This document shows positions 12,103 through 24,735 of a stretch of DNA of 64,000 nt, piece after piece. The translations under genes and the position numbers were made by a program. Each line of letters opens with the position of its first letter. The first letter of the stretch is position 1. Origin of the DNA: Anthoceros angustus (lineage: Eukaryota > Plantae > Anthocerotophyta); NCBI GenBank assembly GCA_010909165.1, contig VJWM01000250.1, positions 62,001 to 126,000 on the forward strand. The letters are read 5' to 3'. The notes under the pieces are model-generated. The model searched no databases and was not told where the DNA came from. It saw only the letters and a program-made list of their open reading frames with translations.

Positions 12103-13919
12103 TGCACTGACAACATAGCATTACGGACGAACACATGACACCACATTGACCGACAAATTAGCAAGAACGCAAAGATGTGACAACAATGAATGCGAATCCC
12201 TACTCGATGGCGCGGGAAGCAAGATGGAGCAGGCCCCCATTCCGATCGTGGGTGCCAGTGGTGCTTGCCTCTCTTCTGAGTCGGGAATCAAGTACTCTCA
12301 TGAACTCGGAAGCATCATCTCCTTCCGCACTTCATCTCCGGAGCAGGACTACGAACATGTTGACGAATGCCAATTGAGCGCAAGCTAGGCGATAATGCTT
12401 ACCAAGCGGTGAACAAAAAGCATTACCTCGGCCGCCTCTTGGTGCGTGCACAGCATGGTTGCGATGTTGTAGGCTCGGAAGGTGCCAATCTCGTCCTCCA
12501 CAGGACTGCAATGAGCTTCGGCTCTTTGTTCATCCCCGTCCTCAAAAGAGTCGGAAGGTCGTTAAAATAGGAAATGAGTGATTGGAGAATCCTACACAGA
12601 TACGCTACAGCCAATGTGCTCTTGCCGGAACTAATGACGGCGCAAAAAAGCTATGCCGCATGGTACGTTAGGACCGCTTCATTTATTCAAAAACGACGGC
12701 TGGAACATCAGGGTTACTCGGGCGTGATGAACGCGGGTTTCTTAAGGTCCAGTTCCCAATTAGGGTTTAATGAGAGCCGCACTGTCCTCCTCGGTTTCAA
12801 GCCGAGTTACGATACGCCGGCGACAGCAGGTGTAAGGAGGCTCTGCGTGGAACATTTGGTGTTTGAGGCTGGCGTATGTCTGTTGGAATTCTCGTGGAGG
12901 GCGCCATCGCACCGCAAGCTCCCCAGCGTTTTCTCGTGCTCATCGACGGAGAGGTGTCTTTCTTCCCAAAGTGGATTTGGTCCTCAAGTTCTGGATTTGA
13001 TGATGCTTGTTGGGCGCGGACATGGCGGCGGACCTTGAAGCAAAAAGGACTGCCGGACATTGGACCGCCACATGGTGCCCCTCTTGGAAGCCCGAAGAAA
13101 GGAAGAAAGCAGAAGGATGCGAAGTTGTGTAGAAGATCCACCAGTTCGGGTCTTGGCTGGGAGCCAATCACTGCGGCCGGAGGAGCATGTTGTTGGGGAG
13201 GCGGGAGAGGAGGAACAAAAGGTCGGCAGTACGCAAGGCAAGCACGACCAAGGCGGGCGGTGTGGAGAAGCGTGGTATATCCGGGCGGCGATGCGGGGAG
13301 TTCAGACCAAACCCATCCCCCACGTATGTGGAGGCAGTGCGGCTCGAGGCACACACAAACCGGCTTGAGGACACGGTGCTTGGAGCAAGATTGGATTTTG
13401 ACACAAGCGAAGCCGGATGAAGACAATGTAGTGTGGACTCCCATCAAGCTATGGATTTTGGGTATAACGGCGCTCATAAACCAAAGAGCAAGAGCGAGTG
13501 GGTTTTGTGGGCAACTATGGATGCGAGCCAAGGAGATCCTGAAGTCCGACTTCTTTGCACATCACGGCCGTATGAATTTGAGGCCTGCCGCTCACACATG
13601 AGATGATTACTGTCTTTGTGTTGAAACTAGCATGCTTGCACGAGAAGAAGTGTGAGCCAAAACAACTCTTATACTTTCCGGGAGGCTTTGCGAGAATGTA
13701 ATGTAAAGATACATTTTCATGTGGTTGCGAATGTTTAGTGCTGGTAAGATGCAGGAGGCGGATCGATGCACCGGTCTTCCTTGGCGTCGAGCCAAGGGTA
13801 GTCTCATCATCCAAGATCACCACCTGTGGTGAAGCACTCCCTTGCTCCACCTTGGGTTCCTCCTCGCCTTCTTCACCTTCTTTGGGAGAGGGACCCTGTC
13901 ATCCCTCAGAGGGACCACT

Positions 13920-14813
13920 TCAAACGGCTGGTAAGACTCCTCCAGCTCTTCTTCCGTCGAGTAACCCATGTGCCCCCCACAACTGCACAAGGTAAGTACT
14001 CAAATGGCTATGCCTCGCCCCCTCATTGTCCACAATGTTTGGCCTCTGACTTGTCTCGGTGATGCTCATAGGCCCTTGACATGGTTGTCCCCAGTCGGTG
14101 AGCTCCTTGCTTGACTTCCACATGAAATGAAAGAATGCCTTGCTTGAAGTAGGTGGTTGGTGAGTCAGCAAAACTATCCTTGTAAAAGCTTCCACTTGAG
14201 GTCGCAATCTTATCATCCTCCGGCCATTCAGCGTCTTGGCGTCTATCCCTCCGATGAGCATCTTTGAGAGCTTCCTCGGAAGGTCGACCACTGCTCTTTT
14301 CCATCTTCATTCCTCTCGTGGGAGCCACCATCACTCTCGGTTTCGGCCTCCCATATACCTTCGAATGTCTTTGGAATGTCCATCCCGGATCATCGCACGT
14401 TCCTCTCCGTCAGTCCTCTGTTTCTCCCTCCGTCGATTCGGTTTTGCAGACTCAACCAATTCCACATTAGAATAGGCCCAATGCCTATCGTAAACCTTTG
14501 GAGCTGCACATTTTCGTCGTGACCCCGAAAATCCCATAAGTCTCTGGAGGAGACTTGCAGCTGGCTACAAAATCCTGGCCCCTCCTTCTCGGCGGATCCG
14601 GGCTTCTCCTTCACGCTTTTTCTTCTTCTTCTCCTTGTTGGCAGGCTCCCTCCTTTCTTTGGGCGCCTTGCGCACTCCTCCGGGGCATTGCAGCGTCTTC
14701 ATCTTCAACCCACTGGGCGGTCGATCTTCTCCAAAAATCCTTCTGCATACATCGGTCTTTCTCCTCTCGAGTTCTCTTCTAAGTGTTCTCTTGTACTCCT
14801 CCGACGCCTCCAC
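13920..14813 (-). pseudogene. Frameshifted copy of an unassigned TE-associated ORF (homologue of 18631-19575)
   Basis: YDRHWAYSNVELVE vs YGRQWAYTNLELIE; RPNIVDNEGARHSHLSTYLVQLW vs RPNSVDEEGPRPCYLITYLVHLW. Confidence 0.65.
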
Positions 14814-17078
14814 TCCGTCCTTGAGTCCTCGACCAACTCAAATGAGCTAAACACTCCCCTCTACTTACATATATAGGGTGAGGAGGATTTTCCACACCCA
14901 AAGGCCAAGGCGAAATTTCCCTGTCCAAGGCCAAGGACCTTTTCCCCTTGAGCGTTAGAATTCCTCAACCACGAAGGCCAAGGAAGAATTTTCGCTGTTC
15001 AATTCCCAAAGTCAAGGAAGAAAAATCGTGAGACATGCAAAAGGTCGACCCGCCGCATGACCCTAACCGCCGGTTTGCCTTCCGCTGTCAGAAACCCTCA
15101 GAAGGCCAAGGGCGGCTGATTTCCTCCTCCGCCAAGGATGATTTCTCTATATATGCATGCGCTCCCTCCTTAGTGTTGCGCCTCTTCTTCCTCTCGCGCG
15201 CTTTGTCTGTCGCACCACCTCCAACCCTTTGTCTGGAATTTCGCTGACCACACGAAGAGCCTCCTCTGTGCGTCTTCCGGTGGGTAAGAACCTTACTCCT
15301 GCATGTCCGGGTGCAGGCGGGGGCGTGACTGGCGCCGCCACTAGGCACACCAACCCTCCTCCTTGGCAGGTTCGGCCTTCCGCGAACCTCCCTCCTTTCT
15401 AACCGTTGGACCCGTTTTGAAGCCCGTTTTTCCTCCTTTCTGTCCGTCCAGTCGGGGGACCGCAAACCTGTCCGCCCGCTTCTCCACTTGCCACTTCTCG
15501 TTGCTGTCTTCTCGTCAATGATCTGTTGGTGAGAAAAAGAAAAAAAAGAAAAATAAAACCTAACTAATATGAACAAAACTAAGAGGCATCCGCCCCTCTT
15601 CTAACCGTGGACCCAAAATTTGGCGTTCCACAAGAGGGTAGGCAAAAATTGATGACTTTTCACCTCCACTAGGGATGAAAGGGTATGGCGGAGATTCTCA
15701 CATGGGCGCAGGTTGAACTCGGTGACATAAAATTTTTGCCATCAAGGCATCACTTGCAGCTAAGACTTGGAGAAATCAAATGGAAGGGCCCAATCCATGG
15801 GGCGATAAATATGGATGGGTTTTAAGTTCCAAAGTATGAGGAGCCAGGCGGCGAGGAGTGTGATTTTGGATCACTCCGCCCACTAACAAAATCACAGGAA
15901 CTATGGGATGTGAAATTGATGCGGGTTTTTGAAATCCGAGGTTATGCCGGGGCCAAGCGAGACGCCACAAGAGAAATGGGTCAAAGCATTCACGAAAATC
16001 GCAATAATTGATCCTGGATTCGAGGTAGCGGTATGGCGGCGGCGCCGTCGGTGGATGGTGCGAAGGGAAAGCGGCGGATGGAGAAGAAGGGATCACGAAG
16101 GTGATTGAACGGAAGAAGCAGGCCGTGAAGTTAGCGGGAGACAAAGACAGCGAGGATGGGGAAACAGCAGGAGGAGGAAGCGGAGAGGGTGAAAGGACAT
16201 GGAAAACAACATACGGTGGCGGATGCCACAACGCCAGTCACTAGGAGGAGGCCAATCGAATTTGACACATTTGACGATGAAATCTTGAACAGCGTCTGTG
16301 AAAGTTTCAAGAACAAGGGGCGGCATAAAGTACACCGTGCCACATTGGAGGCGAGTCACGAACCGAGCACAGCGGTGACTCAAAGTGCATAAGTGCGAGG
16401 GAAAGACAAAGCGAAAAGGTCGAAGGTGAGCCATGACCAAATTTATATGTCCACATGCATGTCATGTGCGTTGTGGGGTTGATGTGGATTCTTTCTCACG
16501 CGCGAGCTGTGCACAATGTGCATGAGGCAATGGCATTCATGAGCGCCGGGAAAAAGGCGGGCGGACAAACCCTCGAGGACGAAGCGAAAAGAGCGAAAAG
16601 AAAAGCGTCATGAGCGATACTGAGGTGATACCCGGTGATTATGATTAGTGCTTGGATGCACATACCTCGAGGTCCGTGTTGGGTGAACCCATTGCAAACT
16701 TCGTGTGATCGATACGTGATAGTATAGTACATGCAGTTTTGTGAATTTATATGTATTCTGTTTAGAGCCATCTATAAAATGCAGCGGTATAAATTCGATA
16801 AATCATGCGAGAATATAATGTGTGGCGGACATTGTACATGCCACATGGCAAGTTCACACATGTCGGGAGAGGCGTCAAAACCGGTGGAAACCGAAACCTT
16901 TAGAATTCAAAATAAAAACTCGGCTCGCGCGGTTCAAAAGCGCAGACGCGGTGAACATGAGGCGACACACGTCCAACACCACAGATGAGCATTATGACAC
17001 CGGTTAGAAACATTGACAAACCGGGTTCACAAAGCCTCAAGACCTTACCCGCACCCCCACTCATAGTGTAAAATTGGT

Positions 17079-19575
17079 TGTCACGGTCTTCGTGTTAAGG
17101 TTTATTCTGATTCTTAGGTCCGTGAGACCCGGATGCCTTGTGTAACAAAGCCATCGTTTACGTAACAAGAAGGCAATATTCCGTAATACTGCAGCATAAC
17201 AAACAACGCTGTTTCTAGTAGTGGTGGTCACCTACCGTGGTAGGGTGACCCCCTGTGAGGGCGGGCTGTCCCCCCTCCTTGCTCTCCCCGCCATCTTCCC
17301 TTCTTGGCGTCGCGGTCGCTCCTCCATCCTCCGACTCCCCAGATTCTTCGGAGTCCATGTCACTCGTGGCCTCATCAAAATCTAAGGCCTCCGGCTGCAC
17401 CTGCTACAGCTCCTTCCTGTCATCATCATGAGGACCCAATGTCCTCCTCTTGGCCAAACGCAATATCTCGTTGTTGGCCTTCAATATCCGGTTCTGAAGA
17501 TGGGCACCCAGACTATGATATTGCATTTGGAGATCATCCAACTCCGTGGGCCACTCTCCATCTTCACACCTACCCTTGTAGGCGTCCCTTGAGGTGGTCA
17601 ATTCCCCCACCTTCACATGGAGGGTCTCATTCTCCTCCCTTGTTTCTCTTAGCTGGTTAGCCAATTTTGCCTGAAGGGCATAATCTGCCCAAAATCTCCT
17701 CTTCCTCACCACCAGTATCCTATGTACCACTTTCTTGTGGTACTCCTGCTCCTGGGACCTTCTCCGCTCCAGGTCCGCTAATTGCTGTGCAAGCCCTTCC
17801 CTTTCCGCTTGCCACACGCTCTTCCCGCGGTCCAACTCCTGCAGTTGCTGGTCTTGCGACTCCAGCTCCGCGCGCTTCTCTTCCAAGTTGTACCGGGTCC
17901 TCCGCAACTCTTCTTCCATGTCCCGGATTTTTATGGCTTGAGTAGCCATCACTTGCTCCTGCGCCTCCACTTGTTGAGTCGCCTCCTTCTCTCTTCCTAG
18001 AGCCTAGGCCTTGCTCTTCCTTTCCTGCTCTAGGTGGGCAAAATGCTCCTCCGCCTTTTGCCGCCATGAGTCCCGTTGGGTAGTTGCTCGGACAGCTCTC
18101 TCTTCGGTTTGAGCCAACCTTCCCTCCAAGACCTTCTCTGCGCGCCGCTGATCCACAAGGTCGCGCTGGAGTTTCTCCACAACCTTCTCCAACTTGGCTG
18201 CCTTCTCATCGGACTCCATGGCCTCCAATTGCCATTTGGTCCCTGCTCTCCTCTCTGTCATCTCTTGGGCCTTATTCGCCCGAATTTCCTCCTGTCATGC
18301 CCATAGGGTGGCTGTTAATTCCCTAGCCGCCTTCAAATCCACTCGGCTGAGTGCCTCGCAAGCACTCAGCAAATCTCCTAGGGGCCCAAATTCTGCCCCT
18401 GCTAGCCTCTTGCTGGACATTTCCAGCCTTCCCACACTCCTCGGGCCATCGCGCGGCGGCGTAGGCCCTCGTACCGTCGCCCCATCCGCTCTCCCGCCCG
18501 GTAGCGGTGACAGGTCTGGGCGCCGCCCGCGCGGCGCTTGCCCTTCCTTCCTCTTCCCTAGCGTAGAGGCTGCTTGCCTCCGTGGGGTGCTGCCTGCGGT
18601 GGGCAGAACCCCCGCGGTAGTCTGCTTACCTCATGGTAGGGTGGCGCCTACGTCCCTGCAGGTGGGTTGCCTCCCGGGGTAGGCTCCGAGTGCCTCTTCC
18701 CTAGGCACCCACGAAATGGTGGGGACTCCTCCCACCCTTGGGGCTGTCACCCCTACCGTGGTAGTCTGCCCCTCATAGACTACCACTTGGCCCTCTATGG
18801 CCGAATCCTGTTCCTCTTGTGGGGGAAAAGCCTCCCACTCCGGCAACCTTGTTGCCTCCACCTCCTCCGCTCTCGGTCCTGGAGTCCTTGTGGAGGTTTG
18901 TCCTCCCATGGTCTTCCTTAGAGCAAAGGGCAAGGGCCGCTCTAAGCTCGGTTGGAGGTGTATAATCTCGAAAGGATGCCAAGCATCCTCAAGCTCCTTG
19001 CTGGTTAGGAGCCCCTCTATCTCCCACAAATGCACCAAATAGGTGATGAGGTAACATGGCCTTGGCCCTTCTTCATCCACCGAGTTCGGCCTAAGGAGCT
19101 TCTCTCTGTGATGGATGTAGGCCTCATACATGATGGTGCCCCAGTCCGGCTTGGCTCCTCGCGAAATCTTGCACAGAAATTGGAGGAAATTGGTGCTGAA
19201 GTAAGAGGTCCGTTGGTAATTTACCAACCCCAACACAATCTTAGCAAAGAGCCTCCACTTCAGCTCCTTGATGTTGTCCGTCTTCCAGCCATTCTTAGCG
19301 CGGGCCTTCACTCCTCCGTCCATCATGTCTAGGACCTCCTAAGGAATTTCGGAGAGGGAAATCCTCTTCCCTCCATTTGTCCTCTCGAGGAGAGCATTCA
19401 CAGGCTCTCCTCCTCCGATCTCCATACACTGTCGAATACTCGAAGCCCCGTGGCCAGACGGGCCCAAAACATTCCTCTCCGGCAATGCGGCAAGGGCTGC
19501 TTCCGATTGATGGAGGTTGATGTAACACTCCTCAATCAATTCCAAATTGGTGTAGGCCCATTGGCGGCCATACAA
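17079..19575 (-). mobile_element. Retroelement segment carrying a long accessory ORF (globular domain plus coiled coil) that runs toward a ...GACA terminus
   Basis: ORF pieces 19339-19575, 18631-19326, 18004-18261, 17404-17970 and 17215-17400, separated mainly by point stops. Heptad-rich C-terminal half. Plus strand reads TGTCACGG at 17079. Confidence 0.6.
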
Positions 19576-19579
19576 CCCT

Positions 19580-20260
19580 CAATTGTGCCCGCAAATATAA
19601 TCACATGGTTTAGTCCCACAGACTGCAATCGATGAATGAAAAAAAGTGTGCGGCAACTGGTTCCCGCCAACATATCGCACAGAAAAACATGCCCGCAGGG
19701 CTCATCGTATGTTGCCTGTTCGTATGCCGCAATGCCGAGCGCGCAACTACCACCACACTCCCCACATGTCCTTCCGCATGTAATGGAAAAAGGCTTGAAC
19801 ATTGGAAGTTATTAAGCATGTGAAGTCTACAATGGCACACACAGAACAGCCACAACCAAAATCCTATCATGGGCCTAGACTCTTTTCAGAAATATGTACT
19901 ACGCTTGGAAATGTGCACTCCAAACTATAGGAATTGAGCTTCATGCATAACCTTACCAATTGCCCGTCGAAGATGACCTAACATTCAGAGGGTTTCCTAC
20001 TCTTTGCCAGACTCCACGCCATCATCTTCGTTGGGCACGACATCATAACCATCATCTTCACTGTCCTTGGTGGCACTTTGACTCGCTGGTTGAATAAAGC
20101 CTCGCAATTCAATAAACTTATCCTTGATTGCCTTCTTATCCACAGCGTACAAATGTTTCTGCCGTCAAGTTGAACTCATAATAGAGGATGACCGTTTAGT
20201 GAACAAAAACCTCTACTTACACGACAGTCTATTTATACGACAGTCTCAAAGTAATGCTAT
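19580..20260 (-). pseudogene. Exon-like fragments, possibly the upstream part of the Sola-like element
   Basis: Minus-strand coding-like pieces (YAVDKKAIKDKFIELRGF...; YDEPCGHVFLCDMLAGTSC) with a GTAAG donor near 19955. Shares the CATGGGCGCC motif with 10440-11100. Confidence 0.3.
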
Positions 20261-20548
20261 GCTTCACGTTTTGGCGGGTAGCTGAACATGCCCATATATT
20301 CTTTGAGAGCATGCACATAATGCAGCTGAATGAATGAATGAAAATAGGTCCATAAGTATTTTGGAAAATGTGTGCAACCATGGCATGAGAGGAGTTTCAA
20401 TATCGTACACATCCATAAAGAGAAACTGGTGCGCCTTCCTAACAAGCCTTGTACATGGGCGCCGGTAATGCCCTTCTAACAAGCCTTGCCCATGGGCGCC
20501 GGCCGGCGCCGCCCATCATGTTCTTCTCATGGGTTGCCATTGTTAAAA

Positions 20549-20791
20549 TGTTAAAATCCTAGCAGTAGGATTGTGCATCCCTTGCATCTAGTCTAGCATG
20601 ATTGAGATGCTACATTCTCGAAGATATTTTGTGGTATTCTCTCTATGTCAAAATGTATACAAAGTCGTCTTAAATAGTGTTTGTGGGTGTCTCTTAGAAG
20701 AGGCACACCGTTCGTAATTACTAATTACTCTTAGTTCGATCTAATACTAGTTGAATGCGATTCTACAGACAGTTATCCATTGTTTTTAACA
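20549..20791 (-). repeat. 3' LTR (243 bp)
   Basis: TGTTAAAA...TTTAACA, adjacent to the PPT, direct repeat of 23492-23741. Confidence 0.9.
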
Positions 20792-22465
20792 CTCCCTCTT
20801 AATTTGGGCGTAACCTACGTAATGGGAGCTATCTCCCATGGGCCTTGATGCTCCTCTTTGGTGCGCTCCCTCAAGGCTAAGGAAAGCTGGCAAGCCGTCT
20901 TAAGTGCAGCCTTTGAATAGGCACAAGTCGGGACTTGTGGTCTGGAAAAATGCATGACCCCTTGAAACAAGCATCTCAAGATCGCCTTGCTTGGTGAGTC
21001 ATCGAGATCAAGTTCTTGCCCATTTGCGGGACGAGGAGCCACAGGCTCCAAGGTAAGCAAGAACCATCCTTGAGAGGAAATTCGCAAGTGCCTTGTCCCA
21101 TGATTGGCGGCTAGATCTACTCAATTCATCACGGTAACACCCTTTCCTTGAGAGGATGAGTATTGACTTGGTGAGCAGTACGTCGTTGCATCGTGGGCGG
21201 TGGCTCCTTGTCCGATACCACCCGCATCCTTATGCAACTCGGTGTTGAGGCAAACCATAAGTATCTTTACGGTTTTCTCTCCGTTGTCTTTGGCGCTCCC
21301 TTTAAGCACCAGCAGCCCGGCACTTGTCGGCGCAGCTCTCCGGCCTCTTTCTTGCGGCACTCGTGCCCAATGGCGCGACTCCGATTCGATTACCTCGGCG
21401 AGGAGGCGGAGGTTGAGTCACCTTTAGGGGTGAAGTTCGCCTTGCCCTTGAATTCCTCCCGGGCTTGAAGTGGGTGGGCGCCTGCGCATCGGGCTTGGAC
21501 CCTCCTGCTGAGAGGCGGCTCTGCTCCTGGTCTGAGCACCAATAATATCTTCCTTTGTGAGGGTGGAGGTGTACGACTTACCATGAGTCGATACCAACAT
21601 CTGGTCACGAAGTTGTGGTAAGGCGGTGGTAAACTCATTAGCTGTCGGTGACATCGGTCTCCGACATGGTTGAGCCAAGGGAGGCGAGTTGCCCTCGCGG
21701 TGTCACGAACCGAGGTGTGGGCGAAATCGCATCGGTCTCCTTCATCCTCAAGGAGTTGAATTCTCGCCGCATAATCGGTTAGAACATTGTTAACATTGTA
21801 GGTGTTAGACAAGCTGGTCCCGGATTAGAAGCCTCCGTGAGGAACTCACGCTAGGCACCGGGCTTGAGTCGAGTCCGTGATGGGGAGGGGTGCAATCCCA
21901 TTCAAGTAGTCCCATCGTTCAATATCGGCGATGGGGAGGTGTGGGTGAAGAGTTAGGCTTGGAAGGGTCGTCAACAATCTTCAAACACCTCGACCTATCG
22001 ATATGGACTTCATGCGAACTCGCCACAGGGTAGTGTTGGCCATTGAATCTATCTTTCTCTTTGATCTGGTCGGTGAAGCGGTACTACTCCACAGGGAGGA
22101 AATCTTGCTAGCCATGGGAGGCGATGGCGTCGGCAGCGAGTTGAAGTGTTGTATAAGTTGATTCACCACGTCTACGTAAGTTGTGGTCATAAAACTTCAA
22201 GTTGAATCCTCGTCGCGGGTTGTTGGTGTGGCGGTGAACAAAGGAATCTCTCCTCCACAGTCTTGAGCAAAAGATCCTTGAAGAAAACAATATCCCCTCT
22301 TGCTTGCTTTTAGCGCTCTCCACTTTCTTCTCTCCTTTGTTTTCTTTTTATTTGTGTTCCACTGGGCTTGCTTCCTTGCTCCTTCTCTCTTTATTCTTCT
22401 CTTTATTTGGTGAGGATTTGCCTTTATACTTCTGTCAGAATTATTTAAGTATACACGAAAACCAA

Positions 22466-22549
22466 AGTGAGTTGGTATAGTGGTTGGTCGTTCCCCTAGG
22501 GGCCTGGAGTCATGGTTCGATCCCCGTTGGTGCGTCTGTTTGAGTTTTT
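22466..22549 (+). promoter_or_regulatory. tRNA-derived Pol III type-2 promoter with terminator
   Basis: A box TGGTATAGTGG at 22473-22483, B box GGTTCGATCCC at 22514-22524 (30-nt spacing), T6 at 22544-22549, AT-rich TATTTAAGTATA just upstream. Acceptor stem does not pair, so it is not a functional tRNA. Confidence 0.65.
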
Positions 22550-23491
22550 TGCGAATAATAGGGCCCTTGGATTAATGTCCCCCTTACGGCAACAGCAGCA
22601 CCGATTGGTGGCGCGCCCGTCGCGTCGAGGCAGCGCCCGTCGCGTCGAGGCAGCGCCGTGCAAGTGCGCCCGGCTGATCTTGGCCGGTTGGGTCGCGGCG
22701 CGATCCTCCTGCTGCCGGGGTGCCCGCGACGTGAGTCCGTCGCAATCTCGGTGCGCTCTAAAGGGTGCAGGCGCGGTTTCGGGAGCTGCGGTGCCTTTGG
22801 GTGGAATCTTCACGGAGCCTCGGCGGCGGCGCTCCCGGCCGGATCAGCGAGCGCGCTTGCTTGGATCGGCTGCGAGTCCGAAATTAGGCGTGTGCGGAAC
22901 TAGATTGGTAGAGGCGGCGCTTCACACAGCGGATCGCGTCGGGTGGAGATCGCCGTCCTCCACCCAGCCAGTGGGGCAGGAGGCGGTGCTGGCGCCCGCT
23001 CTGGGCGTCCTCGGTGGGCGCCGTGCCGGATTGCTGATCAATCTTGCTCTAGGCTCGCGACGCCTCGCCATGGCACCACGGTCTGCGGGGCGAAAATAGC
23101 GAATCTGAGGAGGAGGAGGCCCGTGCCTCTCCCTCGTGTTTTGGTTTGAAGCCATTCCACCGCAGCTATATTTTGTAGGGGGACCACAGATTAATAAGCC
23201 ACACAGGTGATGGGCGGATGCCATTGGAACTCGGGGTTAAGTGCCCGGTGTCGGATCGAACTAAGATGGGGCCAAGGCCTCCCATTCTAGATTCATTTTG
23301 ATCCGTTTTTTTTTTTGCTCTCTATGCTAGCTGGCTGGGATGAGAGTCATCCTGCCCCTATCTAAATTATGGGAAGAAAAGGCAACTATGACAATAGTCG
23401 GTGTGTGCGGAGTGGCGCGAGGCACTCTCGGGGTTGACTTGTCGGCGAGAGGAAGAAACTAGGCTCCGGTCGGAGACTAAGCTCGATACCA

Positions 23492-23741
23492 TGTTAAAAT
23501 CCTAGCGGTAGGATTGTGCATCCCTTGCATCTAGTCTAGCATGATTGAGATGCTACATTCTCGAAGATATTTTGTGGTATTCTCTCTATGTCAAAATGTA
23601 TACAAAGTACGTCTTAAATAGTGTTTGTGGGTGTCTCTTCCGAAGAGGCACACCCGTTCGTAATTACTAATTACTATTAGTTACGATCTACGGTAACTGG
23701 TTGGACGGCGAGGTTACGGACAGATTAATTGTTTCGTAACA
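23492..23741 (-). repeat. 5' LTR (250 bp)
   Basis: TGTTAAAA...GTAACA, adjacent to the Met-type PBS. Confidence 0.9.
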
Positions 23742-24735
23742 TAAAATAAATAATTAGTGCTTCCAACACTTTGCAACTTGGGATACTTACTCAAGTGGTT
23801 TGGAAATAACTTCCATGAGTTCGAATCCTCTAGAGCCTTGAAAGGTTATTTGCTAATTTTATTGGAGCATGGGCACGGCCATTTAAGGGCGCTAGCATGC
23901 CCCTCTATTGAGGTTGACTTGAGGTGTGCAGGATATATTCCACAACGGATCCATGGGTATGAGGATCCCCCGCGTAATTGTTTTTGTTCATAGCAGCCTT
24001 GAACTGCTGAACCAAGGCAGCTATGTTGCAATCCTTCCGGCTACTTACCAATGCTGGGTCAGCACCGCCAAGCCTGCCCCGGTCGCTCTCCAGCACCAAC
24101 GCTCCTAACACTCCTAACACTACCGCTGCTCACCACTCAGCACTACACTAGCCCAGCACCACCACCAGCCTTGACATGTACATCTGAGTCCAATAAATCA
24201 CCAACGCCGTGATCAGTGGTCCCCGGACTGAGATTGTAGCCCACAATTTGAAGTCCAGAACCTAGACGACTGCTAGCATGTGTTTGGCGATCAGGCGCGC
24301 CACACATCACCAAGGTACCTCAACAGCCCTGCAACATGATGGTGGCACACGGTCTTGCTGTCCCTAGGTCGCGAGCTGGCCAGCCTTGCAAATTTGACGA
24401 GCAACTCAGTGAGCGCTCACGCTGCCTTTTTCCGTGCCTCCAGCAAAACCACGATCGTGCTCCTTTCACCTCCAGCAACTCATAGACTCTATGCCTTGCG
24501 GACTGAGCCCTTGTCCAACTGCCCCCTACTCTCGACACCTGCAGCCATCACACACCTCATCGTTAGTCACGCTTCGTCCATGCGATTTCCAATTCCCTTT
24601 TGCCTCTGTTTGCATGCAGTATCGCCACGCTCCCGCTCCGGATTACTCCGCCCCACGCTCTTGCTACTTGCGTGTCGGTGCTGTGCGTAAAACGCACACG
24701 GGCTTTATGCACCGGTCACCCTAATGACATGTTTT

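Larger units (their letters stand above)
20549..23741 (-). mobile_element. Complete non-autonomous Copia-derived LTR element (gag-zinc knuckle-protease only; TR-GAG-like)
   Basis: TG...CA LTRs at 20549-20791 and 23492-23741; TSD TAAAA at 20544-20548 and 23742-23746; PBS TGGTATCGAGC at 23481-23491 (minus); PPT AAGAGGGAG at 20792-20800 (minus). Frameshifted gag (LMSLPPPYHNFVT), GHWAxECRKK knuckle and W.LD.GATAH protease remnant. No integrase, RT or RNase H. Confidence 0.9.

Noticed and set aside
5334-17068. CACTATGAG at 5334 and about 7479 and its inverse ending at 17068 as CACTA termini
   Set aside because: The match is only 9-11 bp, the flanking 3-mers differ and no CACTA transposase is visible.
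22466-22540. Functional tRNA gene
   Set aside because: The acceptor and T stems do not pair; kept only as a promoter-like element.
23481-23491. PBS variant TGGTATC-GAGC (also at 62616) implying a novel primer tRNA
   Set aside because: A one-base deletion from the canonical iMet PBS TGGTATCAGAGC is within the indel noise seen in the TE regions.
23757-24700. Possible degenerate gag or other ORF next to the PHD
   Set aside because: Many stops and no motif I can assign.
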